61,950 bases of DNA from Octopus bimaculoides (Eukaryota): the NCBI RefSeq assembly GCF_001194135.2, contig NC_068981.1, positions 39,482,842 to 39,544,791 on the forward strand. The letters are read 5' to 3'. How positions within the stretch are numbered: the stretch's first letter is position 1; each line of letters opens with the position of its first letter. Below, in pieces: positions 1 to 11,570 of this stretch. The position numbers and the translations under genes were made by a program. The notes under the pieces are model-generated. The model had not been told where the DNA came from. It was given only the letters and a program-made list of their open reading frames with translations, and made no database searches.

Positions 1-2
1 TA

Positions 3-1280
3 TAGGGGTTGGACAAAATAATGGAAACACCTAGCATCATAGCATCGTAATTTTGAAATATCTATAAACCGTCAAAAGCTTGTTTATTTTTAAGTTTATT
101 TTTATTTATTTTTAGTGTTGCTTAATATTTATTGCTAAGATTGCTGTTTCTTTTCAGATGTCATCTGAAAAAGGTAATTAAAATTCATTAAAATAACAAA
201 CCTACCAGACTTTCAAAGAGGTCTAATTGTTGGTGCTCGTATATGGCAGGCACTAGCATCGTGAAAATAGCCGAATGTTTGGTGTATCAAGAAGTACTGT
301 CTTGAAAGTAATGACAGCCTTTGAGAAAGAGGGCAAAAACTCCTTGTCAAAACAAAATTCCGCAAGAAAACCAAAACGTTTAGATAGGGACTGTCGGACT
401 CTTATAGGAATTGTTAGAAAGGATCACAAAAGAACAGCTCCCAAAATTACTGCAGAGCTTAATGACCACCTTAAGAACCCAGTTTCCACAAAACTGTTCA
501 CCGGGAGTTGCACAAACCCAGATTTCATGGGAGGGCTGCAATCAGAGTAACCACTACTTTCAAAAACAAACATTGCAAAGTATTTAGAGTGGAGTAAAAG
601 CCTACACAATTGGTCCCTAGAACAGTGAAAGAATATTATTTTCTTGGACAAGTCAGCCTTTACCTTATTTCCGACCACTGGCCAAGTATACATGTTGAGA
701 TAGCCAGAAAGAAGCATTTAACCCAGACTGCCTTCTTCCAGCTGTTAAACATGGAGGAGGATCTGTAATGATCTGGGAGGCTATATCTTGGAAATTTGCC
801 AGCCCAATAGTTTCCCTTCATGGCACAACTAATAGTCAAGAATATTAAAGCATTTTATCTGATCAAATTCATCCTATAGTTGCGGAACTGTTTCCAGAGG
901 TAAACACAATCTTTCAGGATGATAATGCACCAATTTACACAGCTGAAGTTGTTACTGAATGGCATAAGGAACATTCTAGTGAAGTTGAATATCTTATTTG
1001 GCCACCACAGTCCCCAGATCTCAATATTATTGAACATTTATGGTGCATTTTAGAAAAACAAGTAAGGAGTTGATATCCTCCAGCATCATCACTACAAGAA
1101 CTGGAGACTGTTTTAGCTGAAGGATAGACAAAAATACCTTTGAAAACAATTCAAACTTAGTATGAGTCCATACCTCAGAGAATTTAAGCTGTAATTACTG
1201 CCAAAGGTGGTCCTACCCCATATTAAAATAAATTTGTTTGAAATTTTTTAAGGTGTTTCCATTATTTTGTCCAACCTCTA
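3..1280 (+). mobile_element. Full-length but decayed Tc1/mariner transposon with DD36E spacing (Incomer-like)
   Basis: 30-bp TIRs at 3-32 and 1251-1280 (29/30 match), flanked by TA. Fragmented transposase: DFQRGLIVGAR / MFGVSRSTVLKVMTAF (HTH), FQDDNAPIYT...WPPQSPDLNIIEHLW, ending AKGGPTPY* at 1226. There are 36 residues between D (921) and E (1032), in one frame. Confidence 0.92.
200..1226 (+). pseudogene. Frameshifted and stop-interrupted Tc1-family transposase
   Basis: ORF 275-550 is the HTH region; catalytic motifs lie downstream in other frames; first Asp motif is degenerate (IIFLDKSAF). Confidence 0.88.
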
Positions 1281-1403
1281 TATATATANNNNNNNNNNNN
1301 NNNNNNNNNNNNNNNNNNNNNNNNNNNNNNNNNNNNNNNNNNNNNNNNNNNNNNNNNNNNNNNNNNNNNNNNNNNNNNNNNNATATATATATATATATAT
1401 AAT

Positions 1404-1785
1404 GCCATATCTGTCCAGTGTAGCACTCTGTTGAATTCCTAGACATTAATTTTTGTAGTTCTTAAGGTGATATCAATAGGAAATACCAAAGAGAGGAACT
1501 CTTGACAGACCTAAACAAAGCCATGGCTATAACTAAAATACAGTGAACAGCATTGACTGATTTGTGCCAGTAGACTGCCAAGGTCATGGAAATTACCATA
1601 ATATCAACACCAAGCAGTGTATAGACATACGCAAAGTTTAAGTTAGTTAAAATATGTTTGTGACACATTTCAACTGCTACAACCAAATTCACTGCAGTTA
1701 CCATGGAGAAAAATTATCTCTTATGGTAAGTGAATTTGCCTTTAGTAGTTGAAATATGTCACAAACATATTTTAACTAACCTAAA
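1404..1785. repeat. Modular palindromic repeat, copy 1 (57-bp hairpin arms 1637-1693 and 1729-1785)
   Basis: Arms match 51/57 as reverse complements. Modules are shared with 7907-8301. Confidence 0.8.
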
Positions 1786-2099
1786 GTTCACATATATATA
1801 AATGTGTGTGTGTGTAATTTACTTTGCCATTAAGATAAGAATAATGTAAAAGTACTCCATCCAGTAAAATATAAATATTGTTTAATGTACACAGTATATA
1901 GTTATGAGCTACTAATAGTTTCATACAATAGAAATGTTTTTTTGGCAGACTTAAATAATTCACCAAGTGTCTTCAAGTAAATATTGGGCTCTGAGCACAT
2001 AGCCTATAAAAGTAACAAATAAGGAAAACAAAACAAGAAAAAAACTCAAGAAAAAACAAAGGGAAGATGGATGCAAAAAGTGTAAGTGTGAACGGTCAT

Positions 2100-2512
2100 T
2101 CAATTAAATTATCATATAGCTGCTGCCCTGATATGAAGAGCATCACTACCCATTAGCATCACCAACAGCCCACTCCCAGTTGTTACTGTTGAGATCTTGG
2201 AACTTGCCCATTTGACCATGCATGTATGATAAACTATTGTATATGAGACAGAAGTAACAACAATGCTACATGATAACCTGACCAGAAAGACGAATTACAT
2301 TGGGTTATGTGAATAATTACATTGGGTCATGAAAAGATGCTATGCTAACCACCTATCTTCTTTCTGGCACAAGGACAAAAGTAAAGCCACTAAGTTGGCT
2401 AGCCATACATGGGGCTTGAAGACCAACTTTATGCCACATACTACGAAGTGGAAAATTTTTAAAAAATACAAGGTATATGTTAATGGATCTAAAAAATGCA
2501 GGTTATGCATAG
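2100..2512 (+). mobile_element. Penelope-like element remnant (linker plus GIY-YIG endonuclease)
   Basis: SIKLSYSCCPDMKSI, CYC..CPFDHAC, IVYETEVTT..TNYIGLCE (GIY-YIG), KRCYANHLSSF..TKLASHTWGLK..KWKI..GSKKCRLC. Has stops and frameshifts and is cut by a SINE at about 2510. Confidence 0.8.
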
Positions 2513-2780
2513 CCTTGTAAGTGAACTTGACTGGTGAAAACTGTATGGAAGCCCATCGTATATGTATGTAAGTGTGTGTTTATGTTTTCCCCTCAGCATA
2601 GCATGACTATTGGTGTTTGTTTGTTTATGTCACTGTAACTTAGCAGTTTGACAAAAGAGACCAATAAATTAAGTACCAGACTTAAAAAATAAAGCAGTAA
2701 GATAGATTTGCTTGATTAAATGCCTTCAAGGTCTTGACGCATCATGGCTGTAATCCAATGATTGAAACAAGTAAAAAGTG
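2510..2780 (+). mobile_element. Octopus-type SINE (family A), 5'-truncated and diverged
   Basis: Matches 9146-9565 (gaagcccatcgtata, gtaacttagcagtt, taagtaccagactt, gattgaaacaagtaaaaag). Confidence 0.8.
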
Positions 2781-4208
2781 AAGAAAAGTGCGAATATACA
2801 CAAACCCACACATCCACACACACATGGTACTGTGTGAATGAACAAGCCCTGACTGAAATCAACAACAAACCAGAAAAATATCTATCATTAATTGTTCGAA
2901 AGCCATGAATTCCAATGAATTATTGAGTTCTAGAAACATTTGGACTACCAATTCTGTATAGTTGTGAAGAATTCAATATTTCATTTAAGTATTTTATTCA
3001 CTGTTCCATTAAAGTATTCATAAATGTACACTTACTACTAAGTTTCATATATTTAATAAAGTTTCTCTGAGATTAACTTTTGTAATTGTCAGTTACTGAA
3101 TATAATAAAATGAATATAATGAAAGTTCACAATAACCATTTTGAACTGTGATGGAAGAAACAGAAATTTCTAGCTAATGGACACATTCTACTTCATTGAA
3201 GAAACCAGTTCCTCTCCACATTAAAATAATGTCAAATAGGAAATTCAGCTGTAAAATACTTATTCCAAGAACACTAGCTTGGGCAATAAAATTTATTTTA
3301 TAGATATGTGTTAGTAATAATAAATTTATGACTCAATAGTATAACTACGTTTTTTTTAAGGGAGTTGCATAAAGAAAAAATCTTGAATCATTGTAAATTG
3401 CTCAACCACATAAAATCGAATTCCTGTCAGCACAAAAATTTCAGTTATTGCACGTCTCTGCAACAATGTTACAGATAAATATCAAGTATGTTATGCGATT
3501 ATGACTTAATTTTTCCAAGTAAATTTCTAAGGTGTAGGTGCTAACCTGCTTGGAAATGCAAAAGGTTATACTGGCATATTAACAAAGTAGAATGTATCTG
3601 TAGGATATGAAGAATTATTATTTGATATAATGCCTAGCAGGTAGATGTAACATTCCGCAACAAGTTATCACTTTTAAAAGATGAATCAAGCTCCAAATAG
3701 CCTGTGACTTCAAATTTATCTAAAATTCAGTTTGCTTGATTTTTACCTTTTTACCCCCAAGAGCCATTTGATAAGGAGTTTTGTAGTTTTTGAAGGAAGT
3801 TATAGAAATTGCAGTATCAGTGGAAAGTTTTCACAAAGAAAGTTTGCTTTAGATACTGATGTTTTAAGAAACTGCTGACCATTAAAAGAATACTGTAAAT
3901 GCATTTTTGTGAAAATGTTTATTATAAATAACCTAAGTGTAAAGAGACGTTTTGCAAATTGAAGAAACTATTCCTGAGAGTAATCAAGTAATATAACTGA
4001 CAAAATAAATTTAATTAGTACCGAATACGTTATAAAATTGAATTAGAAATCATTTTCCAACTAATTGTTGATAAATGTTATTGATTTCTTTTGACTACAC
4101 ACAAAAGCCAATTTTCCCAAATAAAAGTATGTTACAGTGGCTTATTTCATCAATGTCTGAGTGACAAAAACTAAACTTGACTTTAGTGGAATTCGAACTC
4201 CTAGTTAC

Positions 4209-4317
4209 CAAAGGATCATATTTTGGATTTATCCAAGTCAGATCTCCACAGGTTTCTTTTTTCCTTGGAGTATTTGCGTATATCACATATCCAACACTCA
4301 GTGATTTAGCAATACAT
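4209..4317 (-). CDS. Candidate internal exon of an unidentified minus-strand gene
   Basis: cttgtag|...|gtaact; 109 nt, phase 2 to 0; open frame CIAKSLSVGYVIYANTPRKKETCGDLTWINPKYDPL. Confidence 0.3.
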
Positions 4318-5675
4318 CTACAAGATATATTTACAGTATTGACTGCTATATAAATAAATATTTCAGATTAAGGGATAATGCCTGATTCTTCCCTGCACTG
4401 AATCTGAGACCAACTAAGCTGAAATAGAGTTCCTTTTGCTGTTTTCTATTGATTTTATGGCCCCAAAATTATTTTTGAACAAGACTAATTATATATTTTT
4501 ACATATAGTTAAATGACACTCTATAGTATATTTGAAAATTTTTCTGCAGTCATTGAGAAATAGCAGTAAATACTTGGCTGCATTAATAGGATATTTATAC
4601 CTGTTTACTTTTAATCTCCTTTACTCCTCACAATACCAGATAACATACAAGAAATAGTTTTGTATATTCAATGTGTAAGAATTTTTATTCTGTTAATTAT
4701 TATATCTTAAACCTAGCTTAAGAATGATATATAAAATTAGAGCTATTGATGGTCTACACAAACAGATAATACATTTGTAAATAAGATGTATGGGGCTATG
4801 AGGAGAGGTGAGTTCTGACATTTTGGATCGGATTTTTCTTCATAAAAATTCAGAGAAGTGGGGAGGAAGTTGAGGAATTGCCTTTTCACTTCTCTTTCTG
4901 GAACACAAAATTGCCTACTTCAACCACATCTAAGTTTCTCTCACTTTACCATGTATATGTAGGTGTGACAGTTTTGCTGAGAGGAATACTTACAGAGTTC
5001 TTGAAAGAGAAGATTTTTTTTGTTTCCTTTTGTATTTTTTAAGAAGACATAATACTTACTATAAGAAGTTGCAGTGAAACTTGATTTTCAACAAAATAGA
5101 AAGAAGCTAATAAAATAAATAATGTTCTGGGCTAAATAAAGTAAATAAAGGAAATGTCTGATTTATAAGTCAAGATTTTATTACTTCCACCTATCATTAT
5201 GTCTGTGCAAGTATCAGTTGAAATATTCACTTTTATCCATCTGTTTCATAATCCATAAGCTTAATATCTATGGAATTATCAAATTACATTCAGTAGCAAG
5301 AAATATTTTTAATATCACTGCTCGAAAAGAAAAAAAGAACCTATCCTATAAAGATTGTAAAAACATGATATGTGCAATTCTGTTCATGGAAATATATATA
5401 TATAACTTTGTATTTAAATTCCCAGAAAGGAAAGAAACTTGATGGAAGCAATTTTCTTTTCGAGCTCAAGAAGTAATGGCAAATATATCAGTCATCCAAA
5501 ATCTGAAGACGATAAACAGCAAGTAATTCAATTCCACAACGTCACATTTAAAAAGAAATGAGTATAGCTTTCATGTTGTAGCACATGACCAGCCTATATT
5601 GTTTGCAATAGCTGCAACAATGGTGCATTACATTGATAGCACAATATATAATAGAGAAAGAAAATGGTCTCTAAC

Positions 5676-5747
5676 CTACAATACTGCTGGCGCCTGTCAG
5701 TCTCCAATGCATCACTGCTTTCAATGATTCACATAGATTATCTGGAA
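5676..5747 (-). CDS. Candidate exon
   Basis: ttgttttag|...|gttaga; 72 nt, phase 1 to 1; PDNLCESLKAVMHWRLTGASSIV. Confidence 0.2.
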
Positions 5748-6802
5748 CTAAAACAATGTCTTTTAGGAATACCTGCCATCCGATATAAGTTGTAGATTGC
5801 ATACTGTTGCAAATATTGGTTTATTGTCAACTATGTATTGTTTTCTTTTTGTAAGATTATCAGAGATCTGCTTAGTCAGACACACTCTTCTGATTATCTA
5901 TAGTCATCTATAAATTAGTTATTATATTCATTTATATATCGATGTTTACATAGAGACAATCATATATAATTGTATCTGTGTATGTAGATCGAATTGTCCT
6001 TCTATAATGATAATAATAAATTTTGTACAGTTATATTTGTCTTCATGCAGCAATCGTAAGAAGCTTTAGCAACAACAATGATAATGCTTTACTTGCCACA
6101 AGAGTACTGTGAGAGATAAATAAGAATGGGGAAAAACTGAAAATACAAAAAATGAAGACAAGAGAAAAAATATATTAAATAAATATCAGTTTATAAAATA
6201 TTACAATGAAAATTATAATACTATTATAGAATGTAATATTTGAAAAGGGGATAACCACACAGGGTAAATCATAAAATAACACCTGAGTTCTCTCAACACA
6301 AATAAAACCAGAGATCTGAACAACGTTGCCATGTTAAACATAATCCTGTTTTATTTAGTGGAGTTCAAATTTTTTTCCTCCTCTTTCATTATGAATGATA
6401 GCATGAAAGCATCATTTGAATTGAAAGGTAAAGATCTCAATGCGATTTTTCAACCTCCACACGACATCTTTTGCATTAGCCATTAGGTGTACAAATATTG
6501 TATATTACGTATAGTCATACCATCTATTAGTGTAACAGGCATGTTTCCCCTTAAATCCTACCATACCGTCTTGAAAGGTATCTAAAACTATATTAGATAA
6601 TGTATTAAATATGTGATGCTGAAATAATGATGAGGTGGTTATGGCTTCAAAGATCGAGATGGTAAATTTCTTCAAACTATTTTATGATTGAAAAAAGGTG
6701 GTGAAACAGACTTTCTGATGGAACTGATATCAACTTGATTTCGCAATACATCAAAGCAACTGGGTAAAACTTTTGACATCTGAAAAGTTTTCAGACACTC
6801 AC

Positions 6803-6927
6803 GTGCCAACACCAGTTAGACAGTGCATTAATAGGATAGTAATTGTGACTCCCTGGGGACAATTAGAGGATAGCATAAACAGAGTCGGGAGATCATGATG
6901 AGCGTGAGAAGAATATGATTCGCCCTG
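6803..6927 (-). CDS. Candidate exon
   Basis: Acceptor gtgattcag, strong donor gtgagt; 125 nt, phase 0 to 2; QGESYSSHAHHDLPTLFMLSSNCPQGVTITILLMHCLTGVG. Phase-compatible with 4209-4317. Confidence 0.3.
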
Positions 6928-7859
6928 CTGAATCACAAACATGCTTTCTTCATACAAGAAAACCTTTAGAAGCTACCTACAATGCTCGAACTGAAACCAC
7001 CCTGGAAGGTTTGTGTAATGTATCATTGGTGATGCTCTGAATAACCCACAGGCTATCAGTGTTCGTGTCTGTCCTGAACTCTGTATAAAAAACGAAAGTC
7101 ATGGTCTAAGTGACAGATCTGTCCAGGAGGTAAAGCAATCGAAAGTTTCACATCCTTGATGCCAGGTTCCTGTTTTTGTCTACTCGTTATCCATGCAGCA
7201 GTTTTGTTAAAGATGCGAGCTGAAATGAAGTGTTTTCTGTTTTTTAACGAAAGAATAGCTTTCTTTTGTAGTACCCCTGTGTCTGTCGTAGGATAAGCTC
7301 ATTTCTAAATATCGGCAATGTGTACATTGCGAGATCCTGGTTAAATAAGTGCTGACTACTAATATGTGTTACATCTAGAAAAACGGGAGATATAGGCATC
7401 ACCTTAATTTGATAATACAACTTCCGGAATAATGAGTATTGGTAACAGAAATTATGAACCTATTGAGTATTTCTAGTCTACCTTCGAAAACGCCATTTTC
7501 TGATAAAATTCACCATGCATTCCTTATCTCAACACCGTTCTTTTCCACCTGAAGGTCTGAGCTAAACCAAACATCGAACAGTTTAACTAATCCGTGAGTA
7601 ATTTGGCTGATAAATAACTGGTAAGGCTCCTAGAAAGCCTCCATTCTGCTGCTGGCTGCAGTAAGCAGAAACTGACTATGACAAACAGAATTCCTTGAGC
7701 AGTCCATCTATCATAGGACTCCTTCCGTTTCTACTGTCGCCAAGCATCGGTTCTACTTTAAGCACAATGACTGTTTTTACGCTCATTACTACTACGTAGC
7801 CATGAGATTTATACTATTCACGTGTGTGTCAGTATAATGTGACAGTTTAAGCCGATTAG

Positions 7860-7895
<36 letters not shown>

Positions 7896-7906
7896 AGGCC
7901 TTATTA

Positions 7907-8297
7907 AAGCTATAGCAACATTGACTGGTTTGTGCCAGTAGACCACGAGGTCATGGATATTACCGTAGTATTAGTACCAAGCGTTGTTTAGGCACAAACA
8001 CCATATCTGTCTAGTGTCGCCATCTATCAGGATTTCCAGATATTGATGAGTTGCCTCTCTTATGTATTTCCCATTGATAACGGCTAAGCAGCTAGAAACA
8101 TCGATGACTGGGGATCTTGATAGGTGGCGACATGGGTCAAATATGGTGTTTTTGCATCTTTTCATCATAAGAAAAACTTTTCTCCACGATAACTATAATG
8201 AATTTGACTATTAACAGTTCAAATATATCACAAACATATTTTAACTAACCTAAACTCTGCTTTTGCCTAAACACTATTTGGTGCTAATATAACGGTA

Positions 8298-8301
<4 letters not shown>
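7907..8301. repeat. Modular nested-palindrome repeat, copy 2
   Basis: Inner arms 7996-8048 and 8099-8151; outer arms 7957-7994 and 8264-8301. 8190-8254 matches the right arm of the 1637-1785 hairpin. Confidence 0.8.
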
Positions 8302-8333
<32 letters not shown>

Positions 8334-8983
8334 NNNNNNNNNNNNNNNNNNNNNNNNNNNNNNNNNNNNNNNNNNNNNNNNNNNNNNNNNNNNNNNNNNN
8401 NNNNNNNNNNNNNNNNNNNNNNNNNNNNNNNNNNNNNNNNNNNNNNNNNNNNNNNNNNNNNNNNNNNNNNNNNNNNNNNNNNNNNNNNNNNNNNNNNNNN
8501 NNNNNNNNNNNNNNNNNNNNNNNNNNNNNNNNNNNNNNNNNNNNNNNNNNNNNNNNNNNNNNNNNNNNNNNNNNNNNNNNNNNNNNNNNNNNNNNNNNNN
8601 NNNNNNNNNNNNNNNNNNNNNNNNNNNNNNNNNNNNNNNNNNNNNNNNNNNNNNNNNNNNNNNNNNNNNNNNNNNNNNNNNNNNNNNNNNNNNNNNNNNN
8701 NNNNNNNNNNNNNNNNNNNNNNNNNNNNNNNNNNNNNNNNNNNNNNNNNNNNNNNNNNNNNNNNNNNNNNNNNNNNNNNNNNNNNNNNNNNNNNNNNNNN
8801 NNNNNNNNNNNNNNNNNNNNNNNNNNNNNNNNNNNNNNNNNNNNNNNNNNNNNNNNNNNNNNNNNNNNNNNNNNNNNNNNNNNNNNNNNNNNNNNNNNNN
8901 NNNNNNNNNNNNNNNNNNNNNNNNNNNNNNNNNNNNNNNNNNNNNNNNNNNNNNNNNNNNNNNNNNNNNNNNNNNNNNNNNNN

Positions 8984-9120
8984 ATGCTTCGCGGTATTTC
9001 GTCAGCTTCTACATTCTGAGTTCAATTTCTGCCGAGGTCGACTTTGCCCTTTATCCTTTCGGGGTTCATTAAATAAGTACCAGTTACGCACAGAGGTCGA
9101 TGTAATCGACTTAATCCCTT
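8984..9120 (+). mobile_element. tRNA-derived SINE (family B), 5' end lost in the gap
   Basis: B-box-like gagttcaatttc, then gccgaggtcgactttgcc and gtcgatgtaatcgact. Same family (antisense) at 33008, 46325 and 58587. Confidence 0.8.
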
Positions 9121-9145
9121 TGTCTGTCTTTGTTTATCTTCATGT

Positions 9146-9272
9146 TCAGCCCCTTGGTTCCGGGTTCAGTCCCACTGCGTGGCAGCTTGGGCAAGTGTCT
9201 TCTATTATAGCCTCGAACCGACCAAAGCCTTGTGATTGGATTTGGTAGACAGAAACTGAAAGAAGCCTATCG

Positions 9273-9346
<74 letters not shown>

Positions 9347-9565
9347 TGTGTGTGCTTGTGTGTATGTGTTTGTCCGCCCAACATCGTTTGACAACCGATG
9401 CTGGTGTGTTTACGACCCCGTAACTTAGCGGTTCGGCCAAAGACCGATAGAATAAGTACTAGGCTTACAAAGAATAAGTTCTGGGGTCGATTTGCTAGAC
9501 TAAAGGCGGTGCTCCAGCATGGCCACAGTCAAATGACTGAAACAAGTAAAAAAGTAAAAGAGTAA
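9146..9565 (+). mobile_element. tRNA-derived SINE (family A) with internal (TA)n(TG)n
   Basis: B-box ggttcagtccc, internal microsatellite at about 9275-9365, 3' part ending gactgaaacaagtaaaaaagtaaaagag. Confidence 0.88.
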
Positions 9566-9589
9566 TAAAGAAATAAATTGCTTTTCACC

Positions 9590-9713
9590 CATGTGGTTTT
9601 GGCTTTAATCTCACTGGCCTGAACCTTTAGAAAGTGTCGTGTCTTATACTATAGTCCCGGGCCAACCTATGTCTTGTGAGACGATTTGGTAGAAGGTAAC
9701 CGAATGACACTCG

Positions 9714-9755
<42 letters not shown>

Positions 9756-9985
9756 GGGTTTATATGTATATTCATATTTGTGTGCACTTGTCTAGACATC
9801 ATATGATGGTTGTAAATGAGAATCATTGTCATACAAGCGAGGATGTTCGTTTCCAGGCTTTCGAGAAAAATACGTCTAGCCAAAGCAAATATTTCCTCGG
9901 TTTGGAACCTGTGACAGTTGCTGACAGGAAGATTGTTTGACATTTGCCTGAACAAATTCCATCTGGCCCACGCAAGCATGGAAAA
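9590..9985 (+). mobile_element. SINE (family C): family-A-like head with a different 3' tail
   Basis: Head is a diverged version of family A (ttatactatagtcccgggccaacc, gatttggtag); internal (TG)n; tail ccatctggcccacgcaagcatggaaaagtggacgt. Confidence 0.7.
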
Positions 9986-10475
9986 GTGGACGTGAAGTTA
10001 AACAATTGTATTGTATGTGATTGTATGTATGCATGTGTGTAGGTATGTATGTGTGTGATTATTTATGTATGTATATGTGTGTACGTATACATACATACAT
10101 ACATACATACATACATACATACATACATGTACGTTACATTATATTACACACGCACACAGGCATGTAGTCCAGCAATTCTCGAACGAATATCGAGGAAGAG
10201 GGCAAAGTTTAACTCAATAAAAGACTCTATGCATTATATATGTAAAGTCCATATTAATTTATTAAGAAAGTAATACCTTACAGCAGTACAGCTGTTTGAA
10301 TACATCGTTTTATACTATATGTAGGAAATTATCATTGATCTGATATAGCAATTATTGAAACAACTATCCGTGGAAAACATTATATCCTTAGTAAATGTAT
10401 ATATATTCATCTATGTATGCATGCATGTATACACGCACGCATGTATGTATGTATGTATGTATGTATGTATGTATG

Positions 10476-11150
10476 TTTATTTGTTTGTTGTCTTTCCCTT
10501 GTCAATCTAGAGTTAATTTTGACCGGCCACCTGCTTGGTAGCAAGGTTGTGAAGGAAAGCATCTTCTGTTCATCATATTTTAAATCTTAAGGAGGTCTTA
10601 CAGTTTTTTATAGTGCGAAATATAGTGTATAAATTAAGGAGTTACGTTCTCTTCCCAAGGATCCAAATTCAGCTATACTTTGCTCCACACACATTGGTAA
10701 GTATTCTGTTGCTCCAACAATAATAGTTATGATGTTGAAAGTGTTCTAGATTTGCAAACTCTTTATCAATGGTCCATAGACGTTCTCTTTCGCTTGTAAT
10801 TTTCTAACGACATCGGTGTCTAGAAGGCTGCTGATTTTCACAACAATACCCTACACAACAATATCTAGTCGCTTGTGTTTTAGCTTATGTATTATATTCA
10901 AAATGAAAATTAGAAGAAAATGGCAGGCATAGAAGAGGGAATTCTCGTGAGAAATTATTTGATAGATGCGTAATGCATGGTTCACGAGATGTTAAGATAT
11001 AATACAAATGAGGTGTGAGCAATTGTTCAATAGGATAGGCTCTTGTGAAATAAGACACCTTACTTTGAGGACATATGTTGCAACTATAATGCATAGAAGT
11101 GACATGTCATTGAAATATATTGTTTATTGAATATTTTCCAGGTAATTAGA
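10476..11150 (-). mobile_element. R4/Dong-clade non-LTR retrotransposon, 3' end (RLE endonuclease plus 3' UTR)
   Basis: Degenerate translation HKRLDIVV, LLDTDVVRKLQAKENVYGPLIKSLQ, IIVGAT, CKTSLRF*. On its own strand the 3' end runs into (AAAC)(ATAC)n at 10441-10490. Confidence 0.65.
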
Positions 11151-11570
11151 TGGTTTGCTATTGTTGCTGTCGCGAACAGAAATGGGGGAACCATCACCTT
11201 TTAGAAAGAATAACAATGGTACTGAAATACATTGTTGTTGATTTAATTGTATTTAAGGTCTATCTTTCGACTAAAATCAAACGTCAGAAATATATTTTTT
11301 TTTATCTAACTAATTATTTGTTTAAAATAGTTACAATTGTGTTTTAAAACAGAAAATTGGAGGTTACAACCGTCGCCCTTATTCTGAAACTCTGCTTTTC
11401 ATAGAAATTTCATTATTATATTTCATAAAATAATAGGCTTGGCAGTGTGAACAAGTTTTGAAATTCAGCCTTCATAGATGGAAGACAACTTCAATGCTGC
11501 CTTCCCTAAAATGTTTCTGTCTCTCTGATCTAGATTGTATGTATCTATTGCAATTACACCATTTCATGTA

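Noticed and set aside
1950-2520. Hammerhead ribozyme expected near a Penelope element
   Set aside because: No CTGATGA...GAAA core found by eye on either strand near the remnant.
5676-5747. LTGASSIVG as an SDR/Rossmann TGxxxGxG motif
   Set aside because: Lacks the second Gly, and the exon phase does not link directly to its neighbours; likely coincidence.
6977-7298. 80-codon open frame and exon-like 6977-7080 on the minus strand
   Set aside because: No phase-consistent join to 6803-6927 without a stop; the implied intron is only about 50 nt.
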